Shown here: positions 35,651-44,599 of the stretch, in pieces
How positions within the stretch are numbered: the first letter of the stretch is position 1
Layout: each line of letters starts with the position of its first letter
From: an uncultured Gammaproteobacteria bacterium
Lineage (GTDB): Bacteria; Pseudomonadota; Gammaproteobacteria; Natronospirales; JAIVGZ01
Direction of reading: 5' to 3'
DNA: 64,000 nt
Assembly: GCA_964552205.1 (NCBI GenBank)
Contig: CAZKFT010000006.1
Location: 7,612 to 71,611, forward strand
Program-made: the position numbers and the translations under genes
Notes under the pieces: generated by a model
Databases searched by the model: none
What the model saw: only the letters and a program-made list of their open reading frames with translations
What the model was told of the DNA's origin: nothing

Positions 35651-35899
35651 ATGGAAAGCAATCTCTTGACCCGAATTCTCGCGGCCATTGTCACGGTCAT
35701 AGCCTTGGCTGTCAGCTTCGTGGTTGGTCTGGTTGCCGCCTTGGTGACGTTAGGACTGGTGATCATCGGATGGATGGCGTTCGCATTTCGCTTTTGGCGA
35801 CTCAAACGAGCGGCGCGACGACAACCGGAGGCCGGTCATACTACCGTGGAAGGAGAGTACCGGGTTGTCCACCGGCAGGAGGGTCGAGCAGATGACTGA
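35651..35899 (+). CDS. Small 2-TM membrane protein with a charged C-terminal tail (unknown function)
   Basis: 82 aa. Two hydrophobic helices (ILAAIVTVIALAVSFVVGLVAALVTLGLVIIGWMAFAF), then a basic/acidic tail. Overlaps the next gene by 8 nt. Confidence 0.55.
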   Translation: MESNLLTRILAAIVTVIALAVSFVVGLVAALVTLGLVIIGWMAFAFRFWRLKRAARRQPEAGHTTVEGEYRVVHRQEGRADD

Positions 35900-36464
35900 T
35901 GACACCACGCGTCATGCAATGCGCAGGCGACCGCTTGTATCGCCGTTTCTCATACTCGGAGTGCTGGGTGTCCTTGTTGTATTGATTGCCGGTTGGGTAG
36001 CAGTCGGATTCATGCAATCTCCGGGAATCGTCATTGTCACTCGGCATGTGGAGAAGGCGGGCGCACCTGCCGACAACCCTGGTCCATCGAATGTCGGCCA
36101 GCGACGTGCCGAGCAACTAGCAGAGATGTTCGGGGAAAGCGGCGTGGATGCCGTATTCGCCACCCACTATCTGCGTAGTTTCGCCACAGCGACGCCACTC
36201 GCACATCACCTTGGCATGCCGGTCCATGTCTATGATGCCGCGGATACCGATGTCATGCTCGCACGTATCAACAAGGAACACCGTTTCGACACGGTGTTCG
36301 TGGTGGGCCACAGCAATACCGTTCCGGACATAGTTCGTGCGTTATCCGGGAAGCGTGTTGCAGATATCGATGAGGGGCGCTACGGCGATATCTTCCTGGT
36401 CATCCGTCCGCGCTGGGGCAGGACCGTGCTCATTCACTATCGGATGCCCGCGCCTTCGGTTTGA
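35892..36464 (+). CDS. Membrane-anchored histidine-phosphatase-superfamily protein (SixA/PGAM-like)
   Basis: N-terminal TM (LVSPFLILGVLGVLVVLIAGWV), RH motif (VIVTRHVEK) and second His (FVVGHSNT). Start taken at ATG 35892 (ATGACTGA overlap). Confidence 0.7.
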   Translation: MTDDTTRHAMRRRPLVSPFLILGVLGVLVVLIAGWVAVGFMQSPGIVIVTRHVEKAGAPADNPGPSNVGQRRAEQLAEMFGESGVDAVFATHYLRSFATATPLAHHLGMPVHVYDAADTDVMLARINKEHRFDTVFVVGHSNTVPDIVRALSGKRVADIDEGRYGDIFLVIRPRWGRTVLIHYRMPAPSV

Positions 36465-36467
36465 CCG

Positions 36468-37691
36468 TCAGCCACCTGCCATGGCGCGAAGGCTCAGGCC
36501 GACGAGGTACGCCATGTAAGTGCCCGTCGCATACCCGATTGATCCCATGATGACGCCGACTGGCGCCAGACTGGGGTGGAACGCGGCCGCGACAACAGGA
36601 GCGGAAGCCGCCGCACCGATGTTCGCCTGGGAGCCAACCGCAAAATAGAAGAGGGGCGCTTTGAGGAAGCGGGCAACGACATAAAGCACGATGATATGGG
36701 TCAACATCCAGATGACCCCAAGCAGGAACAGCATGGGGAGCTCCCACAGGGCACGGAGGTCCATCTGCAGGCCGATACTCGCGATCAGGAAGTAGAGCAT
36801 GACCGCGCCAAGCTGTGACGCCCCAGCACCCTCCAATTGTCGTACTTTGGTGAAGCTCAGGACCAAACCGGCGGTAGTCGCCGTGAGAACCAGCCACAGG
36901 AATGAAGAGTTCAGGCTGAATGAGGCCGCCCAATCGAACCCTCCGAACCAGCCAGCCAATGGTGTGGCAACAAGGTGTGCAACCGCCACCATCCCGAACG
37001 CCAGACCGACCATGGCCATCAGGTCGTTGAGCGTGGCCTTACGGCCATGCTCTTCATGGAAACGGGCAATCCTGACCATCAGGTCACTGAGGGCGCTTGT
37101 GTCCGCACCGGTATGTGCATCGATTTTGTCGGCGCGACCGGCCAGGAAGAGCAATGTCGCCATCCACAAGCTGGCAACCGCGACATCAACAACCGCAAAC
37201 CGCCCAAAGGTATTCGCATCAACTTCGAAGACCTCCCGCATCGCGACCATGTTCGCACCGCCACCAATCCAGCTTCCGGCGAGTGCAGCCATACCTGCCC
37301 ACGCATCTCCGGATACGGTTTCTGGGTGTATGAAGCCCATGACGACAAAAGCGACGATCGCTCCCAGCATGACCCCTAGGGTGCCTGCGAACAGGACGGC
37401 AATGAGTTTCCAGCCAAGCTTGAGCAGGCCGCGCACATCGACTGACAGCGTCAGCAGCACCAAGGCCGCTGGCAGCAACGCATCCCGGGCAATCGGCGCA
37501 TAAAGTGAGGTTGAGCTGCCGTCAATCAGTCCGGTGGTGTTGTAGATTGCCGGGATGAAATAGCACAAAAGCAGGGCCGGGACCCAAGAGTAGAACTTTT
37601 GCCAGAATGGGGTCGGCCCTGAAGCCGTATAGAAAATCAGGCCAAGGGTGGCAGCGATGATGCCAAGAACGACGATGTCATTGGTAATCAT
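36468..37691 (-). CDS. DUF819-family integral membrane protein
   Basis: 407 aa polytopic. N-terminus MITNDIVVLGIIAATLGLIFY...WVPALLLCYFIP is typical of DUF819. Confidence 0.75.
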   Translation of the reverse strand: MITNDIVVLGIIAATLGLIFYTASGPTPFWQKFYSWVPALLLCYFIPAIYNTTGLIDGSSTSLYAPIARDALLPAALVLLTLSVDVRGLLKLGWKLIAVLFAGTLGVMLGAIVAFVVMGFIHPETVSGDAWAGMAALAGSWIGGGANMVAMREVFEVDANTFGRFAVVDVAVASLWMATLLFLAGRADKIDAHTGADTSALSDLMVRIARFHEEHGRKATLNDLMAMVGLAFGMVAVAHLVATPLAGWFGGFDWAASFSLNSSFLWLVLTATTAGLVLSFTKVRQLEGAGASQLGAVMLYFLIASIGLQMDLRALWELPMLFLLGVIWMLTHIIVLYVVARFLKAPLFYFAVGSQANIGAAASAPVVAAAFHPSLAPVGVIMGSIGYATGTYMAYLVGLSLRAMAGG

Positions 37692-37748
37692 GGGCCTGAT
37701 GGTAGCTCATACCAATTGAATCGAACATGGCACTGGCCGTTGGGGAGT

Positions 37749-38210
37749 ATGATGGCTCCCATGAGAATGGCAGTCATAGGTCTTTGCTTGGTCCTGGTGG
37801 GCTGCGCCTCGTTGTCGCCCTATCAGGAGCGGCCTCAGGTAAACATTACGTCATTCACCACATCGCCACAGACGGGCACTGTAGCCCCGCGTTTCCTGAT
37901 AGGTGTTCAGGTCATCAACCCCAACCGTTCCAGGCTGCCGTTGCGAGGCATGAGTTATTCGGTGGAGATTGAGGGAACCCGGATATTGAGTGGCGTCGCC
38001 AATGACCTTCCAGAAGTGCCTGCCTATGGCAGTGCTGACTTCATCATCGAAGCAACTCCTGACCTGTTTGGCAGCGCCCGTGTACTCGCGGATATTTTCG
38101 GTGGGCGACGTGAGCGCATTGACTACAATTTTCGTGCGCGGCTCGATGTCGGGCGCTGGATGCCCGACCTCGTCGTCGAGGAACGCGGATCTGTGAGGCT
38201 GTCGAACTAA
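37749..38210 (+). CDS. LEA-2 / water-stress (NDR1/HIN1-like) domain lipoprotein
   Basis: Lipobox LVGC. A beta-sandwich LEA_2-like pattern follows (INPNRSRLPLRGMSYSVEIEG). Several in-frame starts (TTG 37716, ATG 37749/37752/37761). Confidence 0.65.
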   Translation: MMAPMRMAVIGLCLVLVGCASLSPYQERPQVNITSFTTSPQTGTVAPRFLIGVQVINPNRSRLPLRGMSYSVEIEGTRILSGVANDLPEVPAYGSADFIIEATPDLFGSARVLADIFGGRRERIDYNFRARLDVGRWMPDLVVEERGSVRLSN

Positions 38211-38253
38211 ACGCTAGGTGGCGCCCATGCTGTCACCAGCGGCGAGGGCAAGC

Positions 38254-38574
38254 TCAATCCCAACGATCATCGCGGGTATAGATGAGGTCATTCTCAACCC
38301 TGACCGGAAAGGACGCTGTTGGCTCGTAGGCAGGGGGTGTGAGGGCTTGCCCGGTACGGATGCAAAAGCGCGCGCCATGGCGAGGGCAGATGATCTGGTC
38401 ACCCTCAATCGCACCCCCAGTGAGTTCCGCCCCATCGTGCGTGCAGACATCCTCCAGAGCGAAGTAATCTCCGTCCAGATTGAACACGGCGATGAAGGTC
38501 CCACCTTGTTCGACAACCTTGTATTGCCCCGGCAGGATGTCGGTGACCGGGCCGACCTCAATCCAGCCCTCCAT
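38254..38574 (-). CDS. Rieske [2Fe-2S] domain protein, last gene of the suf operon
   Basis: CTH...CPRH Rieske ligands (DVCTHDG, ICPRHGARF). ATG sits in a TGATG overlap with the sufT stop. Confidence 0.8.
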   Translation of the reverse strand: MEGWIEVGPVTDILPGQYKVVEQGGTFIAVFNLDGDYFALEDVCTHDGAELTGGAIEGDQIICPRHGARFCIRTGQALTPPAYEPTASFPVRVENDLIYTRDDRWD

Positions 38575-39119
38575 CAGTACATGCCCAGAGCAAGTTTGGC
38601 TGCGTCCGACATCCGGTGGCGGTCCCACGGTGGGTCGAAGGTCAGTTCCACTTCGGTCTCGGTGACGTTCTTGACCGACTGCACCTTTTGTTCCACATCC
38701 GCCTTGAGGTACTCGCCCATGCCGCAGCCCGGCGCAGTCAGGGTCATGGTGACCTTGACGCGATTGGCGCCGTCGCCAGGCTCGATCTCCACCCCGTAAA
38801 TCAATCCTAGCTCCACGATATCCACAGGTATCTCGGGGTCGTAGCAGGTCTTGAGTTGCGCCCAGACCTCCTGCTCGTCCACGGGACCGTCTGCCACCTT
38901 AGGGCCTTCTGCAGTGGCTTCAACCTCGATACCGAGTGCATCTGCATCCTTTGCCTCGATACGCGCAAGGTTCCCGTTCACGAAGACGGTAAAGGTCCCA
39001 CCTAGAGCTTGAGTGATGACGACCTCGGTGCCACCAGGTATCCGTACGGGTTGGCCGGCGGGAATAAGCACCGCATCGCAGTCGCGTTCGAGAATGACGG
39101 GTTCACGAGTGTTCAACAT
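38574..39119 (-). CDS. sufT: SufT-type Fe-S assembly protein (DUF59 domain)
   Basis: C-terminal DUF59 motif DPEIPVDIVELGLIY...TLTAPGCGMG. Start at ATG 39119 with SD AAGGA. The track extension overlaps sufU. Confidence 0.8.
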   Translation of the reverse strand: MLNTREPVILERDCDAVLIPAGQPVRIPGGTEVVITQALGGTFTVFVNGNLARIEAKDADALGIEVEATAEGPKVADGPVDEQEVWAQLKTCYDPEIPVDIVELGLIYGVEIEPGDGANRVKVTMTLTAPGCGMGEYLKADVEQKVQSVKNVTETEVELTFDPPWDRHRMSDAAKLALGMY

Positions 39120-39124
39120 AGTCC

Positions 39125-39562
39125 TTACTCCGTCTTGACCGGTTCGCGCCCGCCATGCAGCGCGCTGTTCAGGGTATGCCACGCCAGCGTGGCGCACTTG
39201 ATGCGAGATGGATATTCGCGCACTCCCGTCAATACTGCGAGCTTGCCATCGGGGACGGATTCGCTGGTACCGGTAAGCAGTTCGTGGACCTGCGTGAACA
39301 ATTCCTCAGCCGTGGTGACGGGTCTGCCCTTGAGCGCTTCGGTCATGAGTGATGCTGACGCAACAGATATGGCGCAGCCACTTCCTTCGAAGGCCAGATC
39401 GGTGATGGTGTCATCGTCCACCTGCAGGTAGACGGTAAGCCGGTCCCCGCACAGAGGATTGAATCCCTCCAGCCTGTGGGTTGGTTGTTCAAGCCTGCGG
39501 AAGTTCCTCGGGTCACGGTTATGGTCGACAATCACTTCCTGATAGAGGTCGCGCAAATCCAT
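39125..39562 (-). CDS. sufU: SufU/IscU-like (NifU N-terminal family) sulfur-transfer/scaffold protein
   Basis: NPLCGD, GSGCAIS and KCATLAW, the three conserved Cys contexts of SufU-type proteins. Confidence 0.8.
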   Translation of the reverse strand: MDLRDLYQEVIVDHNRDPRNFRRLEQPTHRLEGFNPLCGDRLTVYLQVDDDTITDLAFEGSGCAISVASASLMTEALKGRPVTTAEELFTQVHELLTGTSESVPDGKLAVLTGVREYPSRIKCATLAWHTLNSALHGGREPVKTE

Positions 39563-40764
39563 TAGCCGAACACCTCTTGTACTTTACCGAGTGCGCGGAC
39601 AAGCGCATCAATATCGTCACGGGTGTTGTAAAACGCGAGCGATGCCCGGGCAGTGGCGGGGACATCAAAGTACTCCATCACAGGCATCGCGCAATGGTGG
39701 CCGGTGCGAATGGCGACGCCCTCGGCATCAACTATCGTGCCAATGTCGTGAGGATGAATACCTTTCAAGGTGAACGATATGACACTGGCTTTGCGCTTGG
39801 CTGTACCAATGACCTGCAGTCCGGTTACATCACTCAACGCCTCGGTTGCATAGGCAAGGAGTTCGGCCTCATGGTCAGCAATCGCGGCCATCCCGATCCT
39901 GGTGAGATAGTCGACGGTGGCGCCCAGGCCGATTGCACCCGCAATATCCGGCGTACCCGCCTCGAACTTGTAGGGTATCTCGTTCCACTCAGACCCCGAG
40001 AAGCGTACCAGCCGGATCATGTCACCTCCGCCTTGCCAAGGTGGCATGGCATCGAGGTGTGTTTCACGCGCCCACAAGCATCCAATCCCGGTCGGGCCAA
40101 ACATCTTGTGGCCCGAGAATGCGTAGAAATCCGCGCCAATAGCTTGGACATCGACGGGCATATGCGGCATGGCTTGCGCGCCATCAACAAGTACAGGGAT
40201 GCCCCTTGCATGGGCCGCCTCGATGATGGTCTCGATGGGATTGATGGTCCCGAGCGCGTTGGAGACATGGCCGACTGCGACGAGTTTGGTGCGCGCAGTC
40301 ATCAAGGAATCCAGGTTGTCGAGTACAAGGTCTCCGTGAACGTTCATCGGGATGACTGTGACGATCGCTCCGCATTCTGCAGCGACCATCTGCCACGGGA
40401 CAATATTGGAGTGGTGTTCAAGATGGCTGACGAGGATTTCATCTCCCGACAGCAATCGGGGTCGGAGGAAACTCTGTGCTACGAGGTTGATGGCCTCTGT
40501 CGTGCCACGGGTGAACACCAGTTCTCGGCTGGTGGGAGCATTGATGAAGCGGGCTATGCGATCGCGCGCACCTTCGTATTCAGCGGTTGCAATCTCGGAA
40601 AGTGCATGGACGCCCCGATGTACATTGGCGTTACTCTCGCGATAGTACCTTTCCATGGACTCGATGACGGCGAGTGGCTTCTGGGAGGTTGCTGCATTGT
40701 CGAGATAGACCAGGGGTTTACCACGGACGGTAGTGGACAGAATGGGAAAATCGTCGCGGTTCAT
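39562..40764 (-). CDS. sufS: Cysteine desulfurase SufS (class II)
   Basis: YLDNAATSQKP, SGHKMFGPTGIG (PLP Lys) and RTGHHCA (active Cys). Start at ATG 40764 in an ATGA overlap with sufD. Confidence 0.9.
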   Translation of the reverse strand: MNRDDFPILSTTVRGKPLVYLDNAATSQKPLAVIESMERYYRESNANVHRGVHALSEIATAEYEGARDRIARFINAPTSRELVFTRGTTEAINLVAQSFLRPRLLSGDEILVSHLEHHSNIVPWQMVAAECGAIVTVIPMNVHGDLVLDNLDSLMTARTKLVAVGHVSNALGTINPIETIIEAAHARGIPVLVDGAQAMPHMPVDVQAIGADFYAFSGHKMFGPTGIGCLWARETHLDAMPPWQGGGDMIRLVRFSGSEWNEIPYKFEAGTPDIAGAIGLGATVDYLTRIGMAAIADHEAELLAYATEALSDVTGLQVIGTAKRKASVISFTLKGIHPHDIGTIVDAEGVAIRTGHHCAMPVMEYFDVPATARASLAFYNTRDDIDALVRALGKVQEVFG

Positions 40765-41909
40765 CGAAACTCCCGTATTCGTTCTGCGTCCGGGAGACGC
40801 GACAAGACCTCGTCCTCGATCGCCTGACGAAGCGCGTCGCCGGGAATGTTGGTCAACACGGTATCTGCAAATGCCCACACTAGAACGCTACGGGCAGCGT
40901 CTTCGCCAATCCCGCGGGAGCGCAGGTAAAACAACGCCGTTTCATCAAGTTTGCCGACTGTAGCGCCGTGCGAGCACTTTACATCGTCTGCGTAGATTTC
41001 CAATTCGGGTTTGGTGTCCGCCTCTGCCTGCTCCGACAAGAGGAGGTTGGCATTGAATTGGTGAGCATCTGTGCGGTCAGCCCCCGTGGAAACCACCACT
41101 TTTCCGTTGAACACGGAACGACCGCCACGGTCCACGATTGCGCGGTAATGTTCATGACTGGTGGTATCAGGAACTTGGTGCTGGATGCGGGAGTGGGTGT
41201 CGATGTGCTGGCGCATTCCCGGCATGTGAAGACCGCTCAGGGACGCATAACCACCGCGGCCAGCAAGGATGATGTCAATATCGCTGCGGACCAGTGAACA
41301 CCCGAGGTGGATGGCATGGGACTCAAAGTGCGCATGGTCACCGAGGTGGACGTACAGTCCAGTGGCCAGTGTCACCGCTCTTGCACAGCGCTGGTCCGTT
41401 ACCCATGTGAGCTTGGCGGATTCTGCAATCTGAAGCTCCATCACCAGATTGAAAAAGTCAGCGGACTTCCCAAGGGAGATGTGCCGTTCGATGATGCAGG
41501 CACGTGCGCGTGGTCCCAGCGTGATTCGGAGACGGGTGTTTGCCGCAACCGCTTTCTCATGTTCGCTGGCAACCATGAGAATCTCGATGGGCGAGGAGAT
41601 CAGGCTGTCTTCCGGAATGGCAAGCGTGAGACCCTGGTCCGCGAGCGCACGATTCATCTCGAACAGCGCATTGCCGTCTTTGCGCATCACGGCAGGGGTA
41701 CCTGTCTGAATGTCGAGTCCATCCAGTTTGGAGAGAGACGCGATGAAACGACCGTCAACGAAGCAGAGGCGGGCACCTTCATGAGCAGGAAGGGCGTTTA
41801 CGTCCGGCATCTGCCCCGTAGGCGGTTCGTAGTCGCGGCGTGCCAGTGCCGCAAACGAGGTGTACTTGAATGCCTCGTCACGTGACTTCGGCAGGAAGTC
41901 AGCCAGCAT
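40761..41909 (-). CDS. sufD: Fe-S cluster assembly protein SufD
   Basis: SufB/D beta-helix family, located between sufC and sufS. ATG 41909 lies 2 nt after the sufC stop. Confidence 0.85.
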   Translation of the reverse strand: MLADFLPKSRDEAFKYTSFAALARRDYEPPTGQMPDVNALPAHEGARLCFVDGRFIASLSKLDGLDIQTGTPAVMRKDGNALFEMNRALADQGLTLAIPEDSLISSPIEILMVASEHEKAVAANTRLRITLGPRARACIIERHISLGKSADFFNLVMELQIAESAKLTWVTDQRCARAVTLATGLYVHLGDHAHFESHAIHLGCSLVRSDIDIILAGRGGYASLSGLHMPGMRQHIDTHSRIQHQVPDTTSHEHYRAIVDRGGRSVFNGKVVVSTGADRTDAHQFNANLLLSEQAEADTKPELEIYADDVKCSHGATVGKLDETALFYLRSRGIGEDAARSVLVWAFADTVLTNIPGDALRQAIEDEVLSRLPDAERIREFR

Positions 41910-41911
41910 GT

Positions 41912-42661
41912 TCACGCGGATTCCTTGAGTACCCAATCATAGCCGCGCGCTTCGAGATCCTTCGCAAGTTCCGGGCCACCGCTCTTGATGATTCGACCGT
42001 CACTCAGTACATGGACTACATCGGGCCGGACATAATCCAGTAGGCGCTGGTAATGGGTGACCATCACAATGGACCTGTCGGGGCTACGCATGAAGTTGAT
42101 GCCATCAGCAACAATTCGAAGCGCGTCGATATCCAGGCCGGAGTCGGTCTCGTCCAGTATGGCCAGGCGCGGCTCTAGTATGGCCATCTGGAAAATTTCG
42201 TTACGCTTCTTCTCGCCCCCGGAGAACCCCTCATTGACAGCCCGATTCAGGAGTTTCTCGTCAAGCGCGACAAGTTTCATTTTTGCTTTCACAAGTCCGA
42301 GGAAATCCATGGCATCTAGCTCAGGTTCACCACGATGACGTCGGACAGCGTTGATCGCGGCTTTCAGGAAGTAGACATTGTTCACACCGGGGATTTCGAC
42401 CGGGTACTGGAAGGCGAGGAACACGCCCTCGCGCGCGCGTTCTTCCGGGGCCAGTCCAAGTATGTCCTTGCCATCCAGCGTGGCTTCGCCAGAGGTAGCT
42501 ACATATCCGGGTCGTCCTGCGAGCACATGGGCGAGCGTGCTTTTACCGGACCCGTTCGGACCCATGATGGCATGTACTTCTCCAGTGGGGACATGCAGGT
42601 CCAGGCCCTTCAGGATTTCCTTTCCATCCACGGTGGCATGGAGATTGGTTACTTTCAGCAT
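41912..42661 (-). CDS. sufC: Fe-S cluster assembly ATPase SufC
   Basis: MLKVTNLHA..., Walker A GPNGSGKST, signature FSGGEKKR. Confidence 0.95.
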   Translation of the reverse strand: MLKVTNLHATVDGKEILKGLDLHVPTGEVHAIMGPNGSGKSTLAHVLAGRPGYVATSGEATLDGKDILGLAPEERAREGVFLAFQYPVEIPGVNNVYFLKAAINAVRRHRGEPELDAMDFLGLVKAKMKLVALDEKLLNRAVNEGFSGGEKKRNEIFQMAILEPRLAILDETDSGLDIDALRIVADGINFMRSPDRSIVMVTHYQRLLDYVRPDVVHVLSDGRIIKSGGPELAKDLEARGYDWVLKESA

Positions 42662-44109
42662 TATCCAACTGCTCCTTCGAGGCTGACGCCCAGAAGTTTC
42701 TGCGCCTCAACGGCAAACTCCATGGGTAGTTCACGAAAAACATCTTTGCAGAAACCGTTCACGATCATGTTCACCGAGTCCTCTTCCGAGATTCCGCGTT
42801 GTCGGCAGTAGAACAACTGCTCATCGCTGATTTTGGAGGTGGACGCTTCATGCTCGAGTACCGCATCAGGCGTTTTCACCTCAATGTATGGGAAAGTGTG
42901 CGCTCCACATTCCTTGCCGATGAGCAAAGAGTCGCACTGCGTATGGTTACGTGCCCCGGTCGCCGACGGCAGGATTTTAACGAGACCTCGGTAGGCGTTC
43001 TGGCCGTGTCCGGCAGAAACACCCTTGGAAACGATAGTGCTTCTGGTGTTACGACCGATGTGGATCATCTTGGTACCGGTGTCGGCTTGTTGCCAGTTGT
43101 TGGTCAATGCCACGGAGTAAAACTCCCCAACGGAGTCATCACCCGTCAATATGCAACTTGGATATTTCCAGGTGATAGCAGACCCGGTTTCGACCTGAGT
43201 CCATGAAATCTTAGAACGTGGACCGCGGCACTCTCCGCGCTTTGTGACAAAGTTGTAGATTCCGCCAACACCATTTTCATCGCCCGGATACCAGTTCTGC
43301 ACTGTCGAGTACTTGATCTGCGCATCATCGAGAGCGACCAGTTCAACCACCGCCGCGTGAAGTTGGTTCTCGTCCCGCATCGGTGCCGTACAGCCCTCGA
43401 GATAACTCACATGGGAGCGTTCCTCGGCGACAATCAAGGTGCGTTCGAACTGGCCGGTGTTCAGGGCGTTGATGCGGAAGTAGGTGGACAATTCCATCGG
43501 GCACCGGACGCCTTTCGGGATGAACACGAATGACCCGTCGGTGAACACGGCAGAGTTGAGCGCAGCGAAGTAGTTGTCGGAGACTGGCACCACTGACCCC
43601 AAATATTGGCGAACGAGGTCGGGATGCTCCTGCACCGCTTCGGAGAACGAGCAGAAAATGACGCCCGCATCCTTGAGTTTGCCCTTGAATGTTGTCGCAA
43701 CGGACACGGAGTCGAAGACCGCGTCCACGGCAACACCTGCAAGCATCTCCTGTTCACGTAGGGGGATGCCCAACTTCTCGTATGTTTCGAGCAGTTTGGG
43801 GTCCACTTCAGAAAGGCTTTTCGGTCCGTCAGATTTGGATTTCGGGGCCGAATAATAGGATATCGCCTGGTAATCGATAGGCTCGATTTTCAGGTGTGCC
43901 CAGTCGGGTGGCGTCATAGTCAGCCAATGGCGATAGGCCGCCAGGCGCCACTCAAGCAACCAGTCTGGCTCACCCTTTTTGGCGGAGATGAAGCGGATGA
44001 CCTCTTCATTGAGACCTGGGGCAACGGTGTCCGACTCAACGTCCGTGGTAAATCCGGCCGAGTACTCGGTGCGGAGTCTTTGTTCGACTTCCTGGTTCTT
44101 CGTGGACAT
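42661..44109 (-). CDS. sufB: Fe-S cluster assembly scaffold SufB
   Basis: 482 aa with canonical SufB motifs ([40 protein letters not shown]). Confidence 0.95.
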   Translation of the reverse strand: MSTKNQEVEQRLRTEYSAGFTTDVESDTVAPGLNEEVIRFISAKKGEPDWLLEWRLAAYRHWLTMTPPDWAHLKIEPIDYQAISYYSAPKSKSDGPKSLSEVDPKLLETYEKLGIPLREQEMLAGVAVDAVFDSVSVATTFKGKLKDAGVIFCSFSEAVQEHPDLVRQYLGSVVPVSDNYFAALNSAVFTDGSFVFIPKGVRCPMELSTYFRINALNTGQFERTLIVAEERSHVSYLEGCTAPMRDENQLHAAVVELVALDDAQIKYSTVQNWYPGDENGVGGIYNFVTKRGECRGPRSKISWTQVETGSAITWKYPSCILTGDDSVGEFYSVALTNNWQQADTGTKMIHIGRNTRSTIVSKGVSAGHGQNAYRGLVKILPSATGARNHTQCDSLLIGKECGAHTFPYIEVKTPDAVLEHEASTSKISDEQLFYCRQRGISEEDSVNMIVNGFCKDVFRELPMEFAVEAQKLLGVSLEGAVG

Positions 44110-44110
44110 G

Positions 44111-44554
44111 TCAGGACCTCATCCGCTGGCGAAAATCAATCAGCGGAACGGTCATTGGTCGGACCAATTGCGCCAGTGTGATGCCTTGCAGGGCATTACG
44201 AATGCCAATGTTGATGTTTTGCCAGTTGTGGCCAACCGAGCAACCGGCTTCTATGCTGCAGCTGCCCTCTCCAGAGGCACACTCGGTCAGGGCGACTGGC
44301 CCTTCGATGGCATCGATGATTTCCACCGCGCTGATACGATCTGGCTCTCGGGCGAGGGTATAGCCGCCCTGTGCCCCACGATGGGAATCCAGGATATCCG
44401 CGCGACTGAACGCCTTGAGGATCTTGGCCACAGTGGGGCTGGCGATATGGGTCCGATCCGCCAGCTCCTGTGCGGAGAAGCGGCGCTGGGGGTCTCTTGC
44501 CATTTCTGCAAGGACTACCGTCCCGTAGTCGGTCAGTTTGGACATGCGCAACAT
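44111..44554 (-). CDS. Rrf2-family transcriptional regulator (IscR/SufR-like), first gene of the suf operon
   Basis: Rrf2 wHTH N-terminus ([37 protein letters not shown]). Cys cluster C..C....C in the C-terminal half. Start is 44554 or 44545. Confidence 0.85.
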   Translation of the reverse strand: MLRMSKLTDYGTVVLAEMARDPQRRFSAQELADRTHIASPTVAKILKAFSRADILDSHRGAQGGYTLAREPDRISAVEIIDAIEGPVALTECASGEGSCSIEAGCSVGHNWQNINIGIRNALQGITLAQLVRPMTVPLIDFRQRMRS

Positions 44555-44580
44555 AGGGGACTATTTTAGTCCTAAATGGA
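44555..44580. promoter_or_regulatory. Imperfect 25-bp palindrome with core GGACTA-ttt-TAGTCC, a candidate Rrf2 operator
   Basis: Perfect 6+6 inverted repeat at 44558-44572, extended imperfectly (ATAGGGGACTA / TAGTCCTAAAT). Lies in the 45-nt divergent gap next to the Rrf2 gene. Confidence 0.4.
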
Positions 44581-44599
44581 GAACGTGTAAAATCCCGCT

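Noticed and set aside
30728-38210. Possible genomic island integrated at tRNA-Ser (the accessory-looking genes downstream of the tRNA).
   Set aside because: There is no integrase or mobility gene, and no repeat of the tRNA 3' end downstream within the window. I see no visible compositional break. The duplicated segment is the 5' half and lies upstream of the tRNA, only about 100 nt away.
39481-40827. 448-aa ORF on the plus strand spanning the whole of sufS. Similar long antisense ORFs occur at 1825-2823, 23553-24458, 27756-28661, 29574-30413, 51346-52653, 56078-56773, 61062-61784 and 61847-62617.
   Set aside because: Each lies exactly antisense to a gene with strong family motifs. Their translations are Arg/Gly/Pro/His-rich with no recognisable motifs. 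Long stop-free antisense frames are expected in GC-rich coding DNA.
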